In this document: positions 8,716-16,514 of the stretch, in pieces
Layout of the letters: every line of letters begins with the position of its first letter
How positions within the stretch are numbered: position 1 is the stretch's first letter
Source: Bacteroidota bacterium
Lineage (GTDB): Bacteria; Bacteroidota; Rhodothermia; Rhodothermales; JBCCMF01
Reading direction: 5' to 3'
DNA: 64,000 nucleotides
Assembly (NCBI GenBank): GCA_038747545.1
Contig: JBCDJT010000003.1
Location: forward strand, 15,195 to 79,194
Notes under the pieces: model-generated
Database searches by the model: none
Seen by the model: only the letters and a program-made list of their open reading frames with translations
Told to the model about the DNA's origin: nothing
Translations under genes and position numbers: made by a program

Positions 8716-9921
8716 TTATGTCAGCGCACCGAGCCCTGCCTTGATGCGCCGCATGGCCTCTTCCAGATCGCTCATGGCCGCCGCGTACGAGATGCGGACC
8801 CCGTTGGGGTCGCCGAAGGCGCTGCCGGGAACGAGAGCGACGTGGTGCTCTTCCAACAAGTAGAAGCACAGCGACGAGCTGTCCGTGATGGCGCGGCCGC
8901 TCGGCGAGGTCTTGCCGTAGTAGGCCGAAACATCCGGGAAGACGTAGAACGCACCCTCGGGCTTGGGGCAGCGCACGCCCTCCATCGTCGCAAACTCGCC
9001 CAGTACGTAGTCGCGGCGCTCGCGGAAGGCTTTGACCATGGCACTGATGGGCGCGTGGTCCATCTCCAGCGCTGCGATCCCGGCGCGCTGCGTGATCGCG
9101 CACGGTGCCGATGTGGTCTGGCCCTGGATCTTGGCGCAGGCCTTGGTGATGGCCACATCAGCCGCGAGGTAGCCCAGGCGCCAGCCCGTCATGGCGTAGC
9201 CCTTGGAGAATCCGTTCACCGTGATCGTGCGCTCGTACATGCCGTCCAGGCTGGCGAAGGCAAGGTGCTCGGCGTCGAAGACGATGTACTCGTAGATCTC
9301 GTCGGAGAGGACGAACACGTGCGGATGCTTCCGCAGTACCGCGGCGAGTGCTTCCAACTGCTCCGGGCTGTAAACGGCGCCCGTCGGGTTGGAGGGCGAG
9401 TTGAGGATGAGCATCCGCGTCTGCGGGGTGATGGCGGCGTCCAGCTGCTCCGGCGTGAGGAGGTAGGCGTTATCGATGGTGCCTTGCACGCTGACTGGCG
9501 TACCGCCTGCGAGCCGCGTCATCTCGGGGTAGCTGACCCAGTAGGGCGCCGGGATCAGCACCTCGTCGCCGGGGCGCACGAGCGCCATGATGGCCAGCGC
9601 CACCGACTGCTTGGCCCCGTTCGAGCACAAGATCTGGTCGGGCGTATACGTCAGCCCGCAGTCGCGCGCCAGCTTGCGGCAGACCGCCTCGCGCAGCTCC
9701 GGCATGCCTGCGTTCATCGTGTAGTGCGTGTAGCCGTCGTCCACGGCCTGCTTGCCCGCGGCAGAGATCGGCGCAGGGGTGGCGAAGTCCGGCTCGCCCG
9801 CGCTCAGGCCGATGATCGGCAGGCCTTGACGGCGCAGTTCCTTGGCGCGGCCCGTCATCGCCATCGTGGCGGAGGGCTGCATGGCGGCAACGCGGGGGTT
9901 GAGGTCGAGCGTTAGGGGCAT
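8716..9921 (-). CDS. Pyridoxal-phosphate-dependent aminotransferase, class I (aspartate aminotransferase-like)
   Basis: LSAGEPDFATPAPI, the NSPSNPTG motif, and SKGYAMTGWRLGY containing the PLP-binding Lys. 401 aa. Confidence 0.85.
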   Translation of the reverse strand: MPLTLDLNPRVAAMQPSATMAMTGRAKELRRQGLPIIGLSAGEPDFATPAPISAAGKQAVDDGYTHYTMNAGMPELREAVCRKLARDCGLTYTPDQILCSNGAKQSVALAIMALVRPGDEVLIPAPYWVSYPEMTRLAGGTPVSVQGTIDNAYLLTPEQLDAAITPQTRMLILNSPSNPTGAVYSPEQLEALAAVLRKHPHVFVLSDEIYEYIVFDAEHLAFASLDGMYERTITVNGFSKGYAMTGWRLGYLAADVAITKACAKIQGQTTSAPCAITQRAGIAALEMDHAPISAMVKAFRERRDYVLGEFATMEGVRCPKPEGAFYVFPDVSAYYGKTSPSGRAITDSSSLCFYLLEEHHVALVPGSAFGDPNGVRISYAAAMSDLEEAMRRIKAGLGALT

Positions 9922-9999
9922 GGCGCAGGCGTAGGGTTGAGACGAGGCAGAGGGAGGAGCCTCGAAACTACCACTTTTTACGCCATAGCCCAGCCTGCT

Positions 10000-10488
10000 T
10001 CACGGATTTTGCGCCGTCGGTTTTCCTGAGAGCGCTTTTAGCACGGGCGGCGGTACAAACGTGGAGAGGTCGCCCCCCCAGTAGTGTACGTCCCGCACGA
10101 TAGAGGAGCTGACCATGAAGTGTTCTTCAGAAGTCATCAGAAAGATGGTCTCGAGGTCTGGTGCGAGGCGCCTGTTGGCGAAGGCCATCCGAAACTCGTA
10201 GTCGAAATCACTCACTTGCCGCAAGCCCCGCAGCAAACACGCCGCGTTTCGCGCTTCGGCGTGCTTCACCAGCAACCCTTCGAAGGGCACCACCGACACG
10301 TTTTCCAGATGCTGTATGCTGGCCTCAACCAAGTCACAGCGTTCTTCAATGCTGAAAAGCGTCCTTTTGCTGGCGTTGATCGCCACGGTCACCTCGATGT
10401 GGTCCACCACACGGAGCCCGCGCTCAAGGACATCAAGGTGACCATAGGTGAAGGGATCAAAGGTGCCAGGGTAGAGGGCTATTCTCAT
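10000..10488 (-). CDS. coaD: Phosphopantetheine adenylyltransferase
   Basis: The N-terminus MRIALYPGTFDPFTYGHLDVLERG is diagnostic. 162 aa. Confidence 0.9.
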   Translation of the reverse strand: MRIALYPGTFDPFTYGHLDVLERGLRVVDHIEVTVAINASKRTLFSIEERCDLVEASIQHLENVSVVPFEGLLVKHAEARNAACLLRGLRQVSDFDYEFRMAFANRRLAPDLETIFLMTSEEHFMVSSSIVRDVHYWGGDLSTFVPPPVLKALSGKPTAQNP

Positions 10489-10840
10489 GGGCGGCTGGGG
10501 GGATCGTGCAGGCAGAGATCTAACATGCGGATGGCCAAGTTATATCGTCTTGCACAGCGTGTCTCGAAGAAAAGTAAAGGGGGAGTGGCCTGAAAGATTG
10601 AAAAAAAGCGCGTACTCACATAAATGCTGAGATGTACACCGTCCTAGGTATATGCAGACGCAAAAGGCTTCTTTATGATGACGCCGCCACACGGAATAGG
10701 ATAGCAATGTATGCTGGAGTGGCAATACCCAAAAAACCGAGAGCGATAGCCATGTGACTAAAGTCCCACGTATGATCGATGAATATCACCTACGGCTGAT
10801 GGTGAAATGAATCCCGTCATGTGGTGAGTCGCTAGTATGG

Positions 10841-10870
10841 AAGGCCCGACCTCGAGAGAGGCCGGGCCTT
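10841..10870. terminator. GC-rich hairpin directly after the dodecin stop (possible bidirectional terminator)
   Basis: aaggcccgacc-tcgagaga-ggccgggcctt forms 11-nt arms with one mismatch. The T-tract is weak on both strands. Confidence 0.4.
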
Positions 10871-10886
10871 TCACTTGTGTGTTAAG

Positions 10887-11087
10887 CTATTCGACCACGA
10901 AGGTCAGGTTGGCGTTCAGCCGGTATTTCACGATCTGTCCGTCGTCGATGATGGCCTGCATATCCTTCACATAGAGGTGCTTGATGTTGCGCACTGACTT
11001 GGAGGCTTCACTGACCGCATTGCGCGCGGCGTCTTCCCAACTGACGTCGGACTCGGCGATGACTTCGAGAACTTTGGCAATGGCCAT
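10887..11087 (-). CDS. Dodecin family flavin-binding protein
   Basis: MAIAKVLEVIAESDVSWEDAARNAVSEASKSVRNIKHLYVKDMQAIIDDGQIVKYRLNANLTFVVE matches the dodecin pattern. 66 aa. Trimmed from the track's 122-aa ORF. Confidence 0.8.
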   Translation of the reverse strand: MAIAKVLEVIAESDVSWEDAARNAVSEASKSVRNIKHLYVKDMQAIIDDGQIVKYRLNANLTFVVE

Positions 11088-11151
11088 GGGGCTACCTGTG
11101 ACTGGTGAGAGCAAGAAGCAGAAGCGCTTCCGGTAGAAGAGGGTACGCTGC

Positions 11152-12021
11152 TTACGGCTGTCGGCGCAAGAGGTCGGCGTAGGTAATGAACCGGACGGGG
11201 GCTGTGCGCATCCACGCCTGCAGCCGAGGGTCGGTGAGCGCCTGCCACTCGGCATGCCGGTGCGTGGCTACATCGGCCAATCCACCCGGATTCTGATCCG
11301 TCAGGGCCTGCATCTCACGGGTTTCGAGCCCGAGGTGACTCACGAGCAGGTGGACCTGCCCCGGAGTGAGCCGAGCGAGACGAGCAAGCAGGCTGTCGGG
11401 CTTGGCTTCAGGGGCAACGGCATAGATCGAGAAGCTGTTTTCCTCATAGGTGCCGGAGATACCAAGGCCGTAGGCATCGGCGAGACGCTCGGTGAGAGCG
11501 CGTAGCTCTGGCGTGCCTTGGGCGGCTCCCATATGAGCGTCTATGTAGTGGATGGGCAGATCTGTCTGCAAAGCACGCTCGATTTGGGCGCGCAGCTCGG
11601 CCTCTACTTCGTCCAAATGAGGCCCCTCGCCCGCGAAGAGACCATCCCAGCCTGCGTGGAAGTAGCCCGTGCTGTCTACTAGCGAAGGCGCGGCAACCGT
11701 GCCCGTGATAGGACCCCAGCGGGGCCAGTGCCACTCGGCGTTGAGTGTGAGGTGTACGCCTACAGCCACCTCCGGGTGCTCGCGTAGCATCTCCACCGCT
11801 TCCAGGTACCATGACGCGACGAACATCACCGATGCGGAAAACGGAAGGCCCGAATCAGCGAGCATAGTATTCGCCTGGTTAACCGCGTGGTTCATGCCGA
11901 GGTCGTCTGACCGAACGAGCACGTAGGCCGTGTCGGGGTGCCACTGCGCCTGTACCTGTGGTGCGGCCAAGACGGCGAAGAGGGCAAAAGCAAAGAAGAG
12001 GCGCATCAAAGACGTGGGCAT
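11152..12021 (-). CDS. YdjC/ChbG/HpnK family carbohydrate deacetylase, secreted
   Basis: SDDLGMNHAVNQA ... VGVHLTLNAEW ... IHYIDAHMG. The signal peptide MPTSLMRLFFAFALFAVLAAPQVQAQ starts at the ATG at 12021. Confidence 0.7.
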   Translation of the reverse strand: MPTSLMRLFFAFALFAVLAAPQVQAQWHPDTAYVLVRSDDLGMNHAVNQANTMLADSGLPFSASVMFVASWYLEAVEMLREHPEVAVGVHLTLNAEWHWPRWGPITGTVAAPSLVDSTGYFHAGWDGLFAGEGPHLDEVEAELRAQIERALQTDLPIHYIDAHMGAAQGTPELRALTERLADAYGLGISGTYEENSFSIYAVAPEAKPDSLLARLARLTPGQVHLLVSHLGLETREMQALTDQNPGGLADVATHRHAEWQALTDPRLQAWMRTAPVRFITYADLLRRQP

Positions 12022-12133
12022 GTGGAGAGTGCTAAAACATACCCTTGCGCCGCCAGAGATGCATGTCGCACAAACGCACAGCGGTCGCCTCGGCATGCCA
12101 AGACGACCGCTGGTAGGCTGTGAACGAGGCCGC

Positions 12134-12490
12134 TCAGCCTGCGAAGTAGTAGAACCGCTCGCGCACGATCTTGTCGCCCTTCCAGGTCTGAACGGCGACC
12201 TCTTCGAAGCGCATGCGCCCGCCTTCCTTGAAGGTGGCATCGGTCCACGACTCGATCATCGTGATGCAGGCGTCTTCGTTGGCGGTGATGGCGCTGATGC
12301 CAGCGCCGTGGAAGCCATCAAGCCCTTGCTGCCACTCAAGGATGCGCCCACGCTGCACCTCCTTGCCGTGGAACGTTTCGCCGTTGGCTTCGATGATTTC
12401 GACATCGTCAGCGTAGTAGGCGTCGAGGGCGGCGAAGATGTCGGTTTCGGTTTGAGCGCAGAGGTCTTGTGCGCGTTTGAGGTAGGTCAT
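12134..12490 (-). CDS. SnoaL-like / NTF2-fold small protein
   Basis: 118 aa. YYADDVEIIEANGETFHGKEV ... VAVQTWKGDKIVRERFYY is typical of SnoaL-like polyketide cyclase fold proteins. Confidence 0.6.
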   Translation of the reverse strand: MTYLKRAQDLCAQTETDIFAALDAYYADDVEIIEANGETFHGKEVQRGRILEWQQGLDGFHGAGISAITANEDACITMIESWTDATFKEGGRMRFEEVAVQTWKGDKIVRERFYYFAG

Positions 12491-12850
12491 GGAGAACCTG
12501 AGTCGGGTTGGGAGGACGTGAGGGGCCCCAGGATACCGCCTCGGTGTGCCACCGTTATGTCAGTCCGTGGCTACCGTGCCCCTGTTTAAATGCATGGTGG
12601 TGTCTGTGCCCTATGGCAAGCCGTCAGGGCCGTGGCAGAGGCGGGGAGTCAGGGACGAGAAACGGTCCAGCGGGCTATACAACGCTGTCCTTTCGCGGCA
12701 TCGTTACGGCCTCGTATGAACACAGCCCAGCGTTGCGCTATACGAAAATTTGCGGCGGCACGTTTTTTTCCACCACTCCGTACCGCAGCTTAGCCTGACA
12801 ATCTGGCAGCAGCCTGTATTGCTTTTGCAAACCATAAGCAGAGATCACCT

Positions 12851-14389
12851 ATGAGCTCCCGAAATAGAACCCCACTGCTCTTTCTCATCGCCCTCGCGTT
12901 CATGGCGGGGGCCTTCTTCACCACCGCTGGTGCCAACTGGCTCAACTTGGGCGATGCGGTAGGCACGCGCTCGGATGCCAGCGTGCTGCCCGATGAGCGC
13001 AAGCCGCTACAGCCTTCCACAGCGGTCGTGAGCCTGGAAGATGCGTTTACCAACGTCGCTGACCGCGTGAACCCCTCCGTGGTGCAGATCCGCGCCGAGG
13101 TGGTGCGCGAGGCGCCGCAGATGCAGAACCCGCTCTTCGAGTTCTTCCAGCCACAGCGTCCTGGCCAGGGGCAAGACAACCCGCGGGAGTTCCGCAGCTC
13201 GGGCCTCGGCTCGGGCGTGGTCGTGCGGCCGGACGGCTTCATCGTCACCAACAACCACGTCATCGACGGCGCGGCTGAGCTGGAGGTGCGGATGAACGAT
13301 GGCACGTTCTACGATGCCGAAGTCATTGGCACCGACCCGGGCAGTGACCTTGCAGTCATCAAGGTCGATGTGGACGACCTGCCGTACGCCTCCTTTGGCG
13401 AGTTCGACGACATCCGCGTAGGGCAGTGGGTGATGGCGTTTGGGTCGCCGCTTTCCCAGGACCTGGGCAACACCGCCACGGCGGGCATCGTGAGCGCCAT
13501 TGGCCGCACGGGGCAGCAGATCAACAGCCTCAACGTGTTCTCTGCGTTCATCCAGACCGATGCCTCCATCAACCCAGGCAACTCGGGTGGACCGCTCGTG
13601 AACCTCCGCGGTGAAATCATCGGCATCAACTCGGCCATCCTGAGCCGGTCGGGCGGTAGCCAAGGCATCGGCTTTGCCATCCCCGTCGACGTCGTGGAAA
13701 ACGTGGCGACACAGCTGATCGACAACGGAACGGTGGCGCGGGGCTACCTGGGCGTGCAGTTTGGCCCGGTGAGCGAGTCGCTGTCGCGGGCGCTTGATGT
13801 GCCGCGCGGCGCCGCAGGCATCGAGGTGATTACGCCGGACTCGCCCGCTGAGCGCGCAGGCCTTCGCGAAGGCGACATCATTGTGGCTGTCGATGGCACC
13901 ACGCTGCAGGACTCCAACCAGCTGCGTACGATGATCGCGAATCAGGCCCCGGGCGACCGTGTGAACCTGGAGGTCGAGCGCGAAGGCCGTCGCCTCGATC
14001 TCGATGTGACGTTGGGCGACCGGGGGGACCTGGACGAGCAGATGGGGAATCCTGCCCCCCGGGTGGAGCGTGCGCCCGACAACATGGAGGCGCTAGGCCT
14101 AGAGCTGCGTGACCTCACCGAGAATGACCGTCAAAGCCTCAACATTGAGGAAGATGTAGACGGTGTACTCGTGGCGCAGGTCGAGCAGTCGAGCATCGCC
14201 TACCGCGAGGGCAACCTGCGCCGCGGCGACATCATCGTAGAAGCCGATCGCGAAGCGGTCACGTCGATGCGAGCGTTCAAGGCGGTCTACGGCGACTTGG
14301 AGTCGGGCGAGACGTTCATCGTGAAGGTCCGCCGGATGCGCGGCGAGACGCTGACCTCGTTCCTGACTGCGCTGACCAAGCCTGAATAG
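12851..14389 (+). CDS. Do/DegP/HtrA family periplasmic serine protease with two PDZ domains
   Basis: Signal/TM N-terminus. His (VVTNNHVIDGA), Asp (DLAVIKV) and Ser (GNSGGPLVNL) are present, followed by two PDZ-like segments. Confidence 0.9.
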   Translation: MSSRNRTPLLFLIALAFMAGAFFTTAGANWLNLGDAVGTRSDASVLPDERKPLQPSTAVVSLEDAFTNVADRVNPSVVQIRAEVVREAPQMQNPLFEFFQPQRPGQGQDNPREFRSSGLGSGVVVRPDGFIVTNNHVIDGAAELEVRMNDGTFYDAEVIGTDPGSDLAVIKVDVDDLPYASFGEFDDIRVGQWVMAFGSPLSQDLGNTATAGIVSAIGRTGQQINSLNVFSAFIQTDASINPGNSGGPLVNLRGEIIGINSAILSRSGGSQGIGFAIPVDVVENVATQLIDNGTVARGYLGVQFGPVSESLSRALDVPRGAAGIEVITPDSPAERAGLREGDIIVAVDGTTLQDSNQLRTMIANQAPGDRVNLEVEREGRRLDLDVTLGDRGDLDEQMGNPAPRVERAPDNMEALGLELRDLTENDRQSLNIEEDVDGVLVAQVEQSSIAYREGNLRRGDIIVEADREAVTSMRAFKAVYGDLESGETFIVKVRRMRGETLTSFLTALTKPE

Positions 14390-14410
14390 CCAGCTCGTGT
14401 TTGAGCGATC

Positions 14411-14449
14411 CGCCCCTCGGTGCTTCGGCGTCGAGGGGCGTTTTTGTTT
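14411..14449 (+). terminator. Rho-independent terminator after the htrA-like gene
   Basis: cgcccctcg-gtgcttcggcgt-cgaggggcg followed by tttttgttt. Confidence 0.8.
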
Positions 14450-14534
14450 GCGAAGGTTTGGCCGAAGCGCATCAACGCTGAGTCTCATCCGTTAGGTAAA
14501 GAACCTCCTCGCGTGTTCGATACCGTCGCCGCTG

Positions 14535-15944
14535 ATGCCTGCTGCTCCATCGGAATCCACCCTGCACATCCTCGTCGTCGATGACGAGCCCGATGTCGAG
14601 TTCATCATCCGGCAGCGCCTCCGGCGCCGCATCCGCAAGGGCGAGGTGCAGCTGAGTTTTGCCTCCGATGGGATAGACGCGTTGGAGGTGCTGAGCGCGC
14701 ACGACGACATCGCCATCATGCTCACGGATGTCAACATGCCGCGCATGGATGGGCTCACGCTGCTCCGGCGCATCAACGAGCTGAAACGGGCGGTGAAAGC
14801 GATCGTGGTGACGGCCTACGGCGACATGGAGAACATCCGCAAGGCCATGAACTGGGGCGCGTTCGACTTCCTCGTCAAGCCGCTCGACCTCGACGACCTC
14901 GACATCACGCTGGAGCAAGCCACGCAGGCGCTGCGGCGCGAGCGCAAGGCGCTGCGCGCCGAGGCCAGTATCGGGCTCTACCTCTCGCCCGAGGTGGCCT
15001 CGTCAGTGCTCGACTCGCCCGAAGGCCTCACACTGGGGGGGCAGAAGGTGCAGGCGACCTTGCTGATGTCCGACCTGCGCGGGTTCTCGACGCTCTCCGA
15101 ACGGCTGGCGCCGGAGGATGTCGTTGAGGTGCTGAACATCTACCTGGGCGCGATGGCCGAAGTCATCGACAGCTTCCAGGGCACCATTAACGAGTTCATC
15201 GGCGATGCCATCTTCGTCATCTTTGGCGCCCCCACGCAGCGCCCCGACGATGCGGATCGGGCGGTGGCGTGTGCTATCCAGATGCAGAACCGCATGGCCG
15301 AGGTCAATGCGACGCTCGCCGAGAAGGGGTTCCCGGCGCTCGACATGGGCATCGGCATCCACACAGGCGAGGTGATCGTGGGCAACATCGGCTCGAAGCT
15401 GCGGATGAAATACGGCGCCGTAGGCAGCAGCGTCAACCTGACAAGCCGTATTGAGTCCTACACCGTGGGCGGACAGGTGCTCATCTCTGAGGCCACACGA
15501 CATGCGCTCGCAGCCGACGTGCAGATTGGGCGCGAGATGGAAATCTCGACGAAAGGCTTCGCACAGCCCGTCCGCATTCTGGAGGCGGAGGGCATTGGCG
15601 CGCCGTTCAGTGTCAAGCTGCCTGTGGTTGAGGTCGAATACATCAAGCTGGACGAGCCGCTGGCGGTGCAGGTCCGGTTGCTCGATGGCAAGCGCACGCG
15701 GAGCGCCACGTACGAAGGCGCCCTGACGCACCTGGCTTCGGGTGGTGCCCGCTTGAGGGTAGACACGCCGCTCAAACGCCTCGACAACCTCAAGCTCATC
15801 ATTCCGCCCAGCGCTGACTCGAAGGCGTCCGGCGACCTCTACGCTAAGGTAATGGACGCCTCGACCAGTGACCTCGTACTGCGATTCACGGCTGTTCCTG
15901 AAGACCTCGCCGCGTATTTCAACCAACAGCGGCTGGGCTGTTAG
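14535..15944 (+). CDS. Response-regulator receiver / class III adenylate-guanylate cyclase / C-terminal PilZ-like domain fusion
   Basis: REC domain (ILVVDDEPD ... MLTDVNMPRMDG ... VVTAYGD). Cyclase domain (ATLLMSDLRGFSTL ... NEFIGDAIFVIFGAP ... GIHTGEVIVGNIG). The tail THLASGGARLRVDTPL resembles the PilZ DxSxxG region. Confidence 0.8.
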   Translation: MPAAPSESTLHILVVDDEPDVEFIIRQRLRRRIRKGEVQLSFASDGIDALEVLSAHDDIAIMLTDVNMPRMDGLTLLRRINELKRAVKAIVVTAYGDMENIRKAMNWGAFDFLVKPLDLDDLDITLEQATQALRRERKALRAEASIGLYLSPEVASSVLDSPEGLTLGGQKVQATLLMSDLRGFSTLSERLAPEDVVEVLNIYLGAMAEVIDSFQGTINEFIGDAIFVIFGAPTQRPDDADRAVACAIQMQNRMAEVNATLAEKGFPALDMGIGIHTGEVIVGNIGSKLRMKYGAVGSSVNLTSRIESYTVGGQVLISEATRHALAADVQIGREMEISTKGFAQPVRILEAEGIGAPFSVKLPVVEVEYIKLDEPLAVQVRLLDGKRTRSATYEGALTHLASGGARLRVDTPLKRLDNLKLIIPPSADSKASGDLYAKVMDASTSDLVLRFTAVPEDLAAYFNQQRLGC

Positions 15945-16134
15945 TTCACGGCTATGGCCGAACGACGCTGCTGCGCACCCTGATGACGTGCAGTGCTCCC
16001 AGGCTGAGGCAGTGCGGATATTGGCCAGCAGACGCCGTCGCCTGTCGAGTGCCCTTGCGGCCTTCCAAAGGCAATCTCACGGCAGCCTGAGCACGTGGTC
16101 AAGAAAATTAGAGAGATTGCGTAACTTTTCGACT

Positions 16135-16153
16135 TTCTCTACTTAGTAGAAAA
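16135..16153. promoter_or_regulatory. Near-palindrome upstream of the PadR gene (candidate autoregulatory operator)
   Basis: ttctctact-t-agtagaaaa has 9-nt arms with one mismatch. It sits about 23 nt upstream of the ATG at 16176. Confidence 0.4.
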
Positions 16154-16175
16154 AGCCAATTGTGCAGGTGCTCTC

Positions 16176-16514
16176 ATGAAGCTCATTTCCCGAACCGAAG
16201 AACTCCTCCTCCTCGTGGTGTGCCGTCTGCAGGCGGACGCCTACGGGCTCAACATCCGCGATGAGGTAGAGGCGGTCTCGGGCAAGCGCTTCTCGGTGGG
16301 CGGCGTCTACGTGCCGCTGGACCGATTGGTGCGCAAGGGCATGCTGAAGACCGAAAAGGGGGCGCCTACGGCTGAGCGCATGGGACGGCCGCGCAAGCGG
16401 TACATCATCACCAACCAGGGCTTGGCCATGCTGCGCGAGGCACGGGCCATGCACGACGCCATGTGGACGGGCCTGCCCGAGCACATCGCCACGCAACTGC
16501 GGCTGGTCGGATGA
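16176..16514 (+). CDS. PadR family transcriptional regulator
   Basis: LLLLVVCRLQADAYGLNIRDEV ... VYVPLDRLVRKGMLK ... GRPRKRYIITNQG is a winged-helix PadR pattern. 112 aa. Confidence 0.85.
   Translation: MKLISRTEELLLLVVCRLQADAYGLNIRDEVEAVSGKRFSVGGVYVPLDRLVRKGMLKTEKGAPTAERMGRPRKRYIITNQGLAMLREARAMHDAMWTGLPEHIATQLRLVG

Noticed and set aside
10540-10725. 61-aa minus-strand ORF in the AT-rich coaD-dodecin gap
   Set aside because: It has Cys/Leu/His-rich odd composition, no motif and no obvious ribosome-binding context. I treat the region as non-coding instead.
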